From Gnetum montanum (Eukaryota; Plantae; Gnetophyta), in NCBI GenBank assembly GCA_015680685.1, contig MNCI01003306.1, positions 364,869 to 428,868 on the forward strand: DNA of 64,000 nt. Reading direction: 5' to 3'. How positions within the stretch are numbered: the stretch's first letter is position 1; the number at the start of each line of letters is the position of its first letter. Of the stretch, positions 1 through 12,800 are shown piece after piece. Below the pieces are notes generated by a model, which ran no database searches, was not told the DNA's origin, and saw only the letters and a list, made by a program, of their open reading frames with translations. The position numbers and the translations under genes are program-made.

Positions 1-1512
1 TATTTTCTTCCTAACCCCTACACCTTCGGTAGTCATCATTAATGTATTCCCAGATCCATATCAGCCATACCACAACCTAGCCAATGGACCTACACTGAAG
101 CAAGGTATTAATTACATGATGATTTAATTACCCTTGCTAATATATGATTGTGTTGTGCGTGCAGATGGCGAACATACAACAATGGATTAGATCTGGAGCA
201 AACACTTGAAATGGAGCAACGCTAAAGTAGCTATGCAAGGAGCAAGATCGATGGTGCGCTTACGGATGGACAACGAAGGCGCAATCTTGGCGTTCGCAGC
301 AATAGCACTTCTTTCTCTCTCTCTTTCTCAGTTGCCAACTAAGGCCTGATGTCATTGTAATAAGGTGTTCACCCTTGTTGTCATGAACACCAGTTTTGTC
401 AAGTTTTGTAATAATGATCTGTTCACATGTCATCCCATTAGTTCCATTCCCCTCAATAATTCCATACCTACATGATATTATTGTAAGGAACTCGAGGACG
501 AGTTTTTATTCAGTCATGGGGTTATGATGAGATGTGATATCGTGGCCATCGCGATATCGCATCTGATGAGATGTGATATGCACAAGCCGTGATATCGCAT
601 ACGCGATATCGCGTCGTCCCCTGTGATATCGCGTACGTGATATCGCGGTCCGCCGCCAAATCTATAAATAAGAGGTAGCACTCCCCTCATTTCTAATCCT
701 AGGCTAGAAGTAGCAAAGCTATGGCAGATTGATCACCCCAGAGATAGAATATTTTCCATGTTCCCGTAGTAGGAGTCCCCCAAGTGAACAGTTCTTTATT
801 CGAGCAGCTTTGTACCTGAACGCAAGTTGTGTACGGCAATAAAGACGAGCTTTGTGGATAAACCTTGCAGTACATGGATAGGTTTATTTAATGTTATTTA
901 TTGCTTTCCTAGTAGCGCGGCATGAGTACGACTTGGTTACGAGCATTGACGAATGTGTACGGCTAGCCAAGGAATCGGCTACTCATCGCGATTAGATTCT
1001 CTCACCCTTATCTCCTAGAACATGGGACGAGTACGACTTGATTACGAGCATCTATGGATGTGTACGGCTAGTCAAGGAATTGGCTGCTCATCACACTTAG
1101 GCTAGCTAGGTGCCTCAGTACGACCGCTTCGAGCACGTGTGTTACGTGTGGTAATCCCAGTAACGATTAATATTTGGTAGCCATAGTTGCACAATTCAGG
1201 GTATGTACGGTAAGTGGGAACAGATGCTGACGCTAGTTAATTTAGACTTAGGACATTAGTTAGAGTAGTTAGTTCTCTCAACCCTTCACCCCTTAGCATA
1301 GGAGATAAACCTAAAAAGACCAAAAAAATCATATACCTCGGACTTACTTAACCATACACCGTGACAACAACAAGTAAGTCTGGGAAGACAACGATTAATT
1401 AACCCCAAGTGTTCCTTGCGGCGTTAGGCATTTAGTCTACGGAGTTCGACCAGATCGCGCGTGCTACGCTCGTTTCGTATGGTTGAGTGTAGGGTTACCT
1501 CGCCACTCATCA
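1..1512 (+). mobile_element. 3' part of an Athila-like LTR retrotransposon (element E): internal remnant, PPT and 3' LTR (525-1512)
   Basis: The LTR is bounded by TGATGAG (525) and CTCATCA (1512) and is preceded by CTCGAGGACGAGTTTTTATTCAGTCATGGGGTTA, the same PPT block found next to the LTRs ending at 44644 and 48600. It contains GATATCGCG repeats followed by CTATAAATA at ~662. Confidence 0.85.
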
Positions 1513-1517
1513 ACATC

Positions 1518-2586
1518 CCATGCGATATTGCATACACGATATCGCGTCATCCCCTGTGATATCGCGTACGCGATATCGCGGTCCGCCGCCAAATCTATAA
1601 ATAAGAGGCGGCACTCCCCTCATTTCTTATCCTAGGCTAGAAGTAGGAAAACTCTGGCAGTTTGATCACTCCAAAGATAGAATATTTTCCATGTGCCTGC
1701 AGTAGGAGTCCCCAAGTGAACGGATCTTTATTCGAGCAGCTTTGTACCTGAACGCAAGTTGTGTATGGNNNNNNNNNNNNNNNNNNNNNNNNNNNNNNNN
1801 NNNNNNNNNNNNNNNNNNNNNNNNNNNNNNNNNNNNNNNNNNNNNNNNNNNNNNNNNNNNNNNNNNNNNNNNNNNNNNNNNNNNNNNNNNNNNNNNNNNN
1901 NNNNNNNNNNNNNNNNNNNNNNNNNNNNNNNNNNNNNNNNNNNNNNNNNNNNNNNNNNNNNNNNNNNNNNNNNNNNNNNNNNNNNNNNNNNNNNNNNNNN
2001 NNNNNNNNNNNNNNNNNNNNNNNNNNNNNNNNNNNNNNNNNNNNNNNNNNNNNNNNNNNNNNNNNNNNNNNNNNNNNNNNNNNNNNNNNNNNNNNNNNNN
2101 NNNNNNNNNNNNNNNNNNNNNNNNNNNNNNNNNNNNNNNNNNNNNNNNNNNNNNNNNNNNNNNNNNNNNNNNNNNNNNNNNNNNNNNNNNNNNNNNNNNN
2201 NNNNNNNNNNNNNNNNNNNNNNNNNNNNNNNNNNNNNNNNNNNNNNNNAACTAACTAATCCTAACATAAGCATCCATTCCCACTTTCTGTACNTAGGGGT
2301 ACCTCGCCACTCATCATTAGGTTAGTTAACCATTTAATTACTTTATCTTCAACACTTAGGCGAATTAATGAAAAACACAAAATAATAAAGATCATGTGCC
2401 TCAATTACACTTAACCATACCTTTGCACTTCACAAGTGAAATTGAGAAAATGACAATCATGTCCATTAGATTCACTACCTAGACCCAATGTGCTTAGAGA
2501 GTTAAAGTTTGCAGAATTTGACTGGATTGCTTAGTGAACGCTAGTGATTTGTATGGTTGGACATAGAGACTACTTGCTACTCATCA
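1518..2586 (+). mobile_element. Additional tandem, partial LTR copies of the same family, interrupted by an N-gap
   Basis: 1520-1768 repeats ~590-835 of the first LTR. Further LTR 3' ends occur at 2316 (GTACCTCGCCACTCATCA) and 2586 (CTACTTGCTACTCATCA). Confidence 0.7.
1769..2248. other. Assembly gap (N run)
   Basis: Run of N. Confidence 1.
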
Positions 2587-3649
2587 ATGTCTATCCAAGC
2601 GAGAGATGACTCATATGACTGTAGAAACTTCTGACTTGGCAATTCCAAGTTAGGAAATAGTTGAGATAAGATGAAAAAAGATAGAAATAGCCGGTAATCT
2701 TCAAGTTGAGCTTGAGGAAAAGGTTTCTAGGATTCTTGTCTTATGTTTTTTATAAATATTGTTGTTGTCTCATGTTTTTGATAAGAGAGTTAATGGGAGA
2801 TTATTATGATAGCACATGGGTGAGAGTGCATGAATGCGTATGTAACTCTAAGATTAATTGTGTGTGTGTTTAGCCTTGTCTCTTATGTGCATTATATGTT
2901 TTGATCTCAGTGCCATGTTTGTAGGAGAGATCTCATTCAATTATGCCTTGCATTGAGGATAATCATTATGTGGTTGTAGAGCCTTATACTCTACAATATC
3001 ATTAAGTGTTTATGAGTGGATTGTGTTGTTGTGGGTGTTGAAACCACTAATTTGAAATCTTATTTACATTATTTGAAGATAGTTAGTTTTCTTTTTTTCT
3101 AGAAAATTAGATTATTCTCATAATATTTGGATTTGGTAGGAGATTAAAAGGTTTAAAACAAACAAAGTGACCTTGCTCTAACATTATTGATATTGAAGCA
3201 TCAAGTTTATTGTTGCTTGAAATTTGATTGTGGATTTTTGTCAATTTCAAATGATGCATAAGAAGAAATAAGTTCAATTCATGAATAGAGATATGGAGAG
3301 CATAAAATTTGCCTCTCAACTCATGGTTGCTCGATTAGATGAGATCAATTTTAAGATAGACATAATTTAGGTCCTAGACATATTCAGACTTGAGAAGATG
3401 ATGAGCATTTAAATTTGAATGGTGATGAAGAAGTTTTTCAAATTAGTGGAGGGGGAAGTAGATGATGAAAAAGGACATTCCAACTATGTGAGTGTAGGAA
3501 TCCATCAGCTAAAGATTCTAGTTGAAAGAAATTCACTTCCTCATATTAGAGTGTCAATAGCTCCATTGCTAGCATTAACTTCTTCTCATGGCAAGCTTGA
3601 TGATGAGGATGAAGTAAGGCTTGCTAGAGCATTCAAAAATGCTACCAAA

Positions 3650-3900
3650 CTCCCATATGAAGAACTAAAGACTTTTAATAGTGTAGATATCACCAATGCT
3701 TTTGCAAGCTGGCTAAAGGCACTTGATAAGCATTTTGAGTTGAAGGAGGTACCAAATTGATTAAGGATACCAATTACTAAACTCAAGTTAAAAGGTAGGG
3801 CTTCTACTTGGTATGAAAAGGAGTCCCAAGGCTATGAAAGGAAAAATGATTAACCTATTAGCGATTAAAATATGATGAAATACACATTAAGATGGTTTTC
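3650..3900 (+). mobile_element. Degenerate Ty3/gypsy gag remnant
   Basis: Translation WLKALDKHFELKEVPN*LRIPITKLKLKGRASTWYEK resembles the retrotransposon gag N-terminal motif WL...F......KLKG.A..WW. Contains internal stops. Confidence 0.55.
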
Positions 3901-4582
3901 AATTGGTTCTTCATAATAAAAAATGTCAAGGAAGTCCATCTATTAGCAATTAGATGCTAAATCTTGAGAATGAACAATATGTTCAAGATATTTTAATCGC
4001 TAATAATTTGTTTGCATCTATTGGTTTAGATATAGATACAATATCTTTTAATGATATTAATTCTATTAATAGAGTGGGGGCTTCCTTTCTGTCCACCCAA
4101 TGTTAATCTTTTCATGGAATGTACAATTTCTAACCTCGAAAGGAAGGTATTTTAGAATTGGTTATAAGGATAAAAACTGAAAAAGGCATCCCCAAAATAG
4201 TCAAGCCTTTTATTTTTATTGATTTGGAGTTTCTCCTCTCTGTAGTACTCCTCTACTTTTACATTTTGAATTTTTATTTTTAATATATATATATCCCCAA
4301 ATATAATATCAGAACGTGCAAGAGCCATATCAAGCCAATCAAACCAAAAGTGACATGCTAATGCAAGGTTAAAAATTTAGCCTTTTTCCATCCTTATGAG
4401 ACAATTTACCTTGTAAGAGAAGTATCATTGAAATTGTTTTACAATAAAAGAAGCATATTTTTAAAATTTACCTTTTATTAATAAAGTAGCCAACCTCATT
4501 TTGTTAGGAAAATGTTAGGATGATGATGATCCTTTATTAATGAATGGCATTGGTGTTTCTACTGTAACATAAAACAATAAGG

Positions 4583-4730
4583 GTTAGAAAGGTGGTAAAA
4601 CTCTTGATTTGAAATTTTCAAGGTTTGAGTCTAGTGAACAATGTTGAGTTATAAAGTTTTAATTGGATTATATATCTTATGGTGTACCTATACTACAATT
4701 ATTTCAAGGTTTCAACATCTTGTTTCTATT
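4583..4730 (+). mobile_element. tRNA-derived SINE-like family 1 (other copies ~8690-8750 +, ~37925-38070 +, ~38145-38190 +, ~42580-42700 -, ~42710-42795 -)
   Basis: Recurring GCCTAGTGGTAAGACTCTTGATTTGGAAGCTCC...GGTTTGA(G/T)TCTAGTG...AATGTTGAGTTATAAAG, with pol III A-box and B-box-like motifs. Confidence 0.6.
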
Positions 4731-4779
4731 ATGGCATTTTAATGGCAATAATAATAATAATACTTAACATATATAGATA

Positions 4780-6150
4780 TAATATTCAAGATCCACTTGG
4801 TGGGTTCAACAAAAGTAGCGTTGAGGGAGAGGCTGGCCACAAGTCAAAGGAATTGGAACAACTCATTGGTCCATCCATCTAGGCCATGAGCTTTGTTGGC
4901 AAGCATGCAAAGGATGACAGATTGGAGCTCTTCCCTGGAAAGTGGATGGCTGCATTGTACAAATAACTATAGATAGTAACAACCCTTCAAAACACTATGA
5001 TGGAGGTTGAGATCACAATGATTGACAACAAATAAATTTTTAAAAATCTTGAATAGAAGGGAAGAGATCTTACCTTATGTTCCTAATGAATGAAACATGC
5101 AATTGTTTTTATTTCCTGGTAGTGACCTATTGGTGGAAGAAGCACATGTTATGGTCACCATTAGTGAGCTAGGTGATCTTGAAGCATTACCTCCAATAAA
5201 ACTTCTCAGTCTCCATAAGGTTGTGAAGATGTTGTTACAGTTTTCTATATTGTGAATTTGTGAGGGTCAACTAAGATGATGCTACTGAGTTGGACACATA
5301 TATATGTAGGAGTTTGCAACAAGACTGTATGGAGGAGGTTGTGTTGCTTGAGAAGGTTGGTGCAAAGGGCATTAAGACATATACTAAGGGGCTAGTGTTA
5401 GGTATTAGCATGCTCCTAGGTGATGAGAGTGAGGTCATGGGTGTATGGAATAATGAGCCAAAGGTTCTTAGAGTGAATATGGAAGGAGGGTGAGTAATGT
5501 GATTAAGTTAGAGGATGATGGAATTGTGATTCAAGAAGCTGCATGGACCACAAGCAAGGAAGGACAAGCGACTAATGTAACCAATGGAGATGACATCCAA
5601 CATTCGTCAATGTGGTAGGCACTAGATAACATCCACATGATGTAGCCTTCCCTAAGTGCAATACCTAGTGAGGTGGGGAACCTCAATAATTTGCATGATG
5701 TGAGCATAGGAACATTGAAAGCTAAGACTGAGAACATTAAAGTCTTGTATAATGATGATAGAGAGGGTGGTGGCAACATGTTGGATAATGTAATTCCAAA
5801 AAGCTAGGTTCATTTGACATAGAAATGATGTAGAGTGATGTGTAGTTGCCAACAAGTGATGAGGCCTAAACAACCATTTGACATGGGGATGGCAAAGAGT
5901 TACCAATCATGTGGAAGCCTACATGGAATCAAGCACTATTAGTTTCATGCATGTAGAGGACATCGATATGATTGGAAAATGTCATATCAACAGTTTTGTG
6001 AAAGCCATGGCAATTAAGGCCCTCCACATTCCTTGAGGCCAAATTTATGAGAGTGGGTGTGAGTTGGTGAAGTTCTATGTTGCTAAGACTTGTAGGAGGC
6101 CATTTGAAGTTGCATGTTCGAAGGGATTGTTGGCACATTTTTACCATTTC
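4780..6150 (-). mobile_element. Degenerate L1-type LINE ORF2 remnant (APE endonuclease to start of RT)
   Basis: Minus-strand motifs in the expected order: LASRNVEGLN..DVLYMHET (SWNVRGLN..D...QET), IIIQDFNV (GDFN), KAHGLDGWTNELF (KAPGPDG..EF), SLNATFV (N.T.I.LIPK). Many stops. Confidence 0.75.
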
Positions 6151-6739
6151 ATGGAAAAGTGATGGTCATTGCTAAGGAACATTTGGATCATTATTTTATT
6201 CCAAAAATTAAAGAGCCGAATGAGGGTTAACCAAACACCACGGTAATTATTGAACATACTTCATATAGATTACAATGTCAAAGTGCATGGTCAAGAATGC
6301 CATCTAGCATCACATTGCCCTTGTTGGAGACTAGTGGTCTTAATTGGTTTGTACATCTTTTGCGTGTTTTGAGAGGCACGTTCACGAAATTACAACTTCT
6401 GTTTTATGTGGGTTAACTTCACATTCAGATCGTCAATTAGATATTCGAAAGCAAACGGTGATGTCAAAAGAATCTGCTAATTAATTCATGCTTAGTTGCA
6501 AGTGAAAATGAACAGGGCGGATAGCAAGTTCACCTACTCTTTAAATCATTGATATCTACTTTTAAATCCTTCGTAACTCAAGCTCAACAACTTTGCATCA
6601 AGAGCAGTGTGTTCTAATATTATTTAGTTCTTCCCAACCAACATGATTAGCATGATAAGTCCGTTGTTATCAAGGATGCTGATATCAAGAATATAGCTCC
6701 TACTCTTTGGCAAAACAATGCCATACCTACTATTGTTAT

Positions 6740-7270
6740 GCCTTACTAAATATGTCCATCTCCGAAATTCCTTGCTTGCTACATTGTGCTTGTCACCAGG
6801 TTTATCAGATAGGCCGCGGAAAACGTGTGCAGGTTGTGCAGGTGGACGTTAGTATTGAGAAAAAAACAGCAGCACCCAGAACCACTCTACAAACTTCCAA
6901 GCCATGGGAAGGTCTACGTAACCAGAATAAATGTGACTGTAACTACCACCATGATGCTCTCCCGCTGAATCCGCCATATCCTCCTCTGCTCACCAAAGAT
7001 GCGCAGGAAGCCGTTACGCAGCTGTTTCGGCGGATATGAAGCTGAAGCAGTTCACATTTGCCAGCATTCTCGGAGAAGCTTCAGCAATCAGCGATATTGC
7101 ATCCTGAAAACAGGGTTTTGGACGACGCTTGCCACGAGTTCGACGTGTGACTGAAGCAAAGAATGTGTTTCATGGGTTGCACAATACAACACTGCCTTCG
7201 TGGAATTCCATGATCACAGACTTCCACACGGCCACCAAGTTTGTATCTCAACTGGCCAAACCAGAAATTA
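6740..7270 (+). pseudogene. Decayed PLS-class PPR gene fragment
   Basis: Disrupted translations give LLHCAC..GKRVQ, QEAVTQLFRR, QFTFASILG and EAKNVFHGLHNTTLPSWNSMIT, typical of PLS PPR repeats. Stops and frameshifts present. Confidence 0.6.
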
Positions 7271-9261
7271 ATGTAAGAAATACAAACCGCTTTCATAATT
7301 TAAAAATAATACAGTTATTTTAATGAAAAGAAAAAGAGAGAGGACAGTTGTTCAATGTCCAGTAACGAACTCCATAATGTTTGGAACTTACCTTAATTTT
7401 TCATGATTATTGTAACTACCTTGAAGTCATTATAAATAAAGATTTAAGGGTAGATGCAAAGAAAAGGAAGGATTTTAGAAAGAACTTTGAAGAAATATAA
7501 AGCATGGTTTACTAGAGGCATCAATCTAGCTACTTCATTTTAGTCGTGTGAGTTCTTTTCTTCTCATTTTGTCTTAGTTGCTTAATTAATGGTTTAGATA
7601 GTATTGTGCTTGGCATTTAATTTTGGGATTTTCTAAATTGCTCTTATAGCTCCTTTTTTTGCGCAATTCAAGACTTTTATTTGGTTGCCATATAAGAGCT
7701 TATGTTGTCTTTGAAAAGCATCTTGAGCAATTTAATAGTTGTCTTTATAAAATTGTCTATTTGAGTCTAGTGGGTCTAGAAAAATCGTTGATACTTTGAG
7801 TTGATTTGAAATAGCTTCATTTTTAAAAAGTTTATTGCCTTGGTATTTCAATTTTGAAATTGTCAATTTTTTTTGCTAGGTCTGTTTGCAATTCTTGACA
7901 ACTATTAACTAGCCAAATAAAAGCTTGTACTTTGTTGTTTACTTTTGATAGTTTAATAAGAGTGTTTTTTATGAAATTGTTTGTTGGGCTCAGAGGGTTT
8001 GAACAATTTGTGTTAGTTTAGATTGAATTGAAATAGCTTTATTTCAAGTGTTTCATCATGCTTAATTTATCTTGCCTAAATGTTTGATGTTACACCTGAA
8101 TTTGCTGTACTTTCTTCCTCTTTTTTAAATCCATTGAATCTCGCTCTATTTCTAGTTTTGTTGTAGAACTTTCTTTTTAGGAGAAATTAGGAGTAAATTT
8201 CTACAAAATTGTGCTTGAGCATTTTTGTGAAATTTATTTGTTTCAAGCAATGTATTATAGGGACTATATAGACTAAGTGACCTAACAAAATAAGAATCTT
8301 TAATGACTCATAGTATTCAACAAGGTTAGCTGAATTTCTTTTACAACAACCTGTTGTAATTTCATACACAAACCCAACCATTTCAACATTCACAACAACA
8401 ACACACATTTACATCTAGTTTGCTCTATAATCACTGAGTTTATTTAGAGGTATCTAGGCCTTGGTGTTGCTAAAGACCAGCAAGCACCTAAACCCAAGTT
8501 TGAAGGAACACCTTTGTTTCTTGCGATCCCAATCACAAGATGAAGGACAATGTTGGGAGTCCCAAATGGTTGGCAACACGGATGTTGTAATTCAAAACAT
8601 GTATTTTTATAATATTTACCCCAAGACATATAGTACAACATGAACTTTCATGATGCATTTATGAACACAATGGTGTGTCATAATTGGATGTTAGCCTAGT
8701 GGTAAGACTCTTAATTTGGAAGCTCCTGATTATGAGTTGACTTTGATGACAATTTGTGTTGTCATTTTCTATTAGATCTTTCTCTTCTAAAACAATTAGT
8801 ATTTTGTCAAATCTTTCTATTGCTACCTCATATCATTTTGCTATTTTAAATTCAAGTACCAACGTTTAAAGTGATGTAAATGTTGTTAGGATTGAGATCA
8901 TTCTCCCCACTAACAAGTAATTTTTCTCTATTGTTTTTTCACTGCATTATTCCAATTTTAAGTTTGTACACTTGAGTAGACATTTCTAAAATTTGAAAGC
9001 TAAAGTTTTTTATTTTATTTTCTACGTTGTTTTTATATTTGCCACTTAGTGTTAAATATATGATATGCTCTAAATTTCTATGCTTATTATTAATATTATT
9101 TTTTTGAGTTCAACACCCCTTCCCCTCATAATGTTATAATTATTATGGGGGTGTTGGATCCCAAAAAACAAATATATTTAAAAAATTAGATTCAAAGTAT
9201 AAAAGCAGAGAAGAAGAGGAAAGACTCCAAAACAACAAAAAGAAAGACTCCAAAACAACAA

Positions 9262-9380
9262 AAAGGAAAAGCCCAACAATTTTGGGGATGCATTTTTAGG
9301 TTTTCATCCTTACAACTAATCCTAAAAAACCTCCTCTTCATAGTAGGAAAAGGATCAAACCTCACCCTTGTTCAAAAGTG
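9262..9380 (-). repeat. Dispersed SINE-like family 3 (other copies ~4135-4215 +, ~43190-43295 -)
   Basis: Shared GGATTAGTT(G/A)TAAGGATGAAAAC...GCATCCCCAAAA...GGCTTTTCCTTT core, a B-box-like GGTTTGATCC and a T-rich end. Confidence 0.5.
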
Positions 9381-9634
9381 CTGAAATATTGTATTATATA
9401 TCTTGAGGTGTACCTATATTACAATTACTTCAGGTTCCAACAACCTCCTCTCCTTCCTCCCCTAAAAAATTCTCCTTCCTCCTCCCCTGAAAAAACAAAG
9501 GGACAAAAAAAAAATTTTCAAAGTTTTAACACCCCTTTCCCATGTCAACATTCTCGTTGATGTGAACCTCCAACTTGCTAACCAACCTCCAACTTGCTAG
9601 ACCGCTTGCCCTAACAAATCCCACAATGCCTCGC

Positions 9635-9770
9635 CGGCTGTGGACCCACCAAACTCAATTATCGGTCCTTCCACTTTTTATTCCTTTACATTTTACTAAC
9701 AAAAAATGGGCCAAAAAGTTTGCAGTTAGCTAAGCAGTGACGTACGGAGGACACGTGACGTGGATGGACG
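9635..9770 (+). promoter_or_regulatory. Proximal promoter of the PIAL-like gene with clustered ACGT/G-box and TCP site-II-like motifs
   Basis: GGACCCAC (~9642), TGGGCC (~9707) and TGACGTAC / CACGTGACGTGG (9738-9763), 90-200 bp upstream of the ATG. Motif presence only; function not shown. Confidence 0.4.
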
Positions 9771-9849
9771 AATGGCAGCGGCCGCAGCTTGAAAATCGCA
9801 GAAGAAACAGCATAACTGCACGTAACACACAAGCGCTGTCGCGGCGGAA

Positions 9850-12800
9850 ATGGCGGTCGAGCCAACGGCAACAGGCAGAAGCTTCATGGCAGCAGTTCCA
9901 GTTGCAGGTCCAGGTCCAGGCCCAGGCCCAGGTCCAGGCGCAGGACTAGTGCCTGGGCAAGCCAGAATTGGCGTAAACGCATCCACGGGCAGCAGCGCTT
10001 CCAGGCCATCGGTCACCAAAGTTATGGTACGCACAGAACACATCATGCGCCAAGCTATCGACCGCCTCCGCAAGCTGATGCTGCTCAAGGAACCTGATAG
10101 CAGAGAATTCTATCAGTACTGCCTCATACTTGCCAGGCATGGTCACTTTCTCTAATTCTATTTCTTTTGCCGGCCGTTTTTCCCTGTTGCTTATTGGAGA
10201 ATTCATCCGAACTTAGGTTTCGTTTTAGTCCGCGTAAGTTCGCAACTGTTCTGTGTGTATGTTACGGAGGAGGAAGAAGCTTTGGCAAATCTGATTGTTA
10301 CTTGAACAAACAAACGGATAACATATGGTTAGGGTTAGTAATATGTTGCGCGCTTAGGGTGGAGGAAACTTCCGGAGGTTTGTGATACTTTTCTTTTATC
10401 ATGTAAAAGTGACGTTTGAAATGGAAACTGATAGTAAGTATGTTGTCATGAAGCGTAGACGAAAAACTGAGCGGATGTATTCGGCGGATTAACTGTATAA
10501 TTTGGTTACCTTATATTTTTCCATAATGTAACCTTGATGCAACTTGTGTATATTAGAAGTCGAGAACCTACCCATATATTAAAAATTTTAAATCAGCATA
10601 CTAATGATGGTACTCTTCAATTTCTTATTTTGAAATTATACTTTTCTATGGTGAAACCAGCCTTCATTACAAGCTTTGCAGTTTTTGCTTATTGGCATTT
10701 TAATCAAATTTCATTGATCAAAATTGTTTTCATTTCTGTTTTTGTCTTTTATTATTCACCTGGTTCGGCTTTTTTAAACATTTGTTATTAAAAGCATATA
10801 CATCTTCCATGCCACATGCATTCTTTGAATTATGCAGCAGCTCATTTCTAGTTATCACTGTATTCTAGATCCAAGCATTAGTGTTACTGGATTTTATTAA
10901 TAGGTTCAAATTGGAATTCAGTGGGACAATATTGTGTGATATTACAATTTTAGCCTAGAGTGGTAGTCGCAGACTGTTTAAGGAGGTTAAGATGTTTTAA
11001 ATTTGTTAAAGTTACCTTTCTTCTCAGAGATAAAAGCATTTCTTTTGATTCATTAATATCATGACCTCTTCTTGTATTATAGAACCATTGATGAGTCTGT
11101 CACCTACAACTTGGTTTCTCCTGCTGCTAGCGAGATTCCACTATTAATAAAACAGGTATTAAGTTGCTTCATAATGATTATTTCTGGTTCATATTCTAAT
11201 GTTTTAATTTAACTTTATTGTTTGCAACAAATAAAAAATATTTATTAATGTGATAAGATTTGAAGTACAAGCTGACCCCACTTTGTTGGGACAAGGCTAG
11301 GATGATGATAATGAATAAGATTTGAAGTACAAGCTGACCCCACTTTGTTGGGACAAGGCTAGGATGATGATAATAAATAAGATTTGAAGTACAAGCTGAC
11401 CCCACTTTGTTGGGACAAGGCTAGGATGATGATAATGAATAAGATTTGAAATACATTTAGGGCATTCTTGGGAAATTAAAGTTCAACCAAGTGACAAGAT
11501 AAATCTTATTTCTGTCTTTATGGGAAATGCTCAATTATTTGTTAAAAAAAACTGCCAAATTTCCTTTTTCTTTTTCTTTTTTTTTAAAGATCTTTTAGTA
11601 ACAATAGAAAAAGAAAAAGTTTAATAAGGATGTTAAGTTTTATTAAACATTAGAAATTCAAAAACTGCTATCAAACCTAATTAGTTCATGAAAAAGGACA
11701 AGTGGTGGAGCAAATTCTATCCCACAAAATTCCTTTGGTATGCAATCATGTATGCTTAAATCACTTAAGTTTTAGTTTAAAATATCCCAGGTTTGTAATA
11801 CTCATTGAAATCTTTTGTCAGTTGTCACATGTAATGTGTGTTTTGTATGGCTACGAAATATGTGTTCCAAGAAAAGCTTTTTATGTCATCCAAAATGCAA
11901 TACATGTTATTACTTTGCATGTTTGTTTTTACCTATACTCTTTAACTGGTCTTTGATACTGATTTCTTTCTTCGATTAACATGTAATGAATTTCTGAATA
12001 AATATCTTGGCAAGTTGTTTCATTAACTGAAAATAAGTTTTCTATGTCTTCATTTTGGTACTATTGAGAGCTCTTATGACAGTGATTTAACAATTTATAT
12101 AAATCTCCTTTCATAACTTTTTCCACCATCAATATTTCTTTTGAATGTTTGTTATTGTTGGCTCATTCATGAACTGGTTTATTTTTGTCTTTTCTTTTGA
12201 CTATAACAGAGATGTCCTGATAAATATTCAATTTCAGTTCCAATGTAATATTTAATAAAACTGAACATCCTAATTAAAATTTTATTATTGATAAATCTGT
12301 AACATCTTCATTTGTTTTGATTGGGTATATCACTAATCTTAGTGCTGCAAAATGAATAATATTGAGATTTCATTCCTCTACTAAAGTCTCCTTTGTTATG
12401 CAAATCATTAGATTTTTAAGTACAAGGGCAATGACAGGCTTCAGCCACCAATAATGTTACTTATGCTTTCTGTAAAGGTATTAATTTTTGTTTACTATTT
12501 TTTCTCAGTGAAGTTCTAGAGAGAGAAGTACCTTTATAATGCCTGTTTTTAAAACAACTATTGTATTGTGTCTGATAGTTGACCTGTTAATGTGGTATAA
12601 TTTTATAGTTGATTAAATAATTCATCTTTATACCTGCAGAATGCTTGTGGACATGGCTATTTTCGTGTTGGGGAAACACATGTTCTCACCTCTTTGGTCG
12701 AAGAGGTAATCAAAAAGTTGAAGGGTATTTCAACTTTGATACTTCTCATTTTGTTGAAAGATCTGCTTTGATATCATTTTGAAAGATGGATTAATTAGAA

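Noticed and set aside
1728-2325. Long ORFs across 1728-2325 and 46503-47124
   Set aside because: They consist of X residues from N-gaps.
11253-11455. Possible CRISPR-like array
   Set aside because: The units are identical with no unique spacers, the context is a eukaryotic intron, and an RTE tail explains the sequence.
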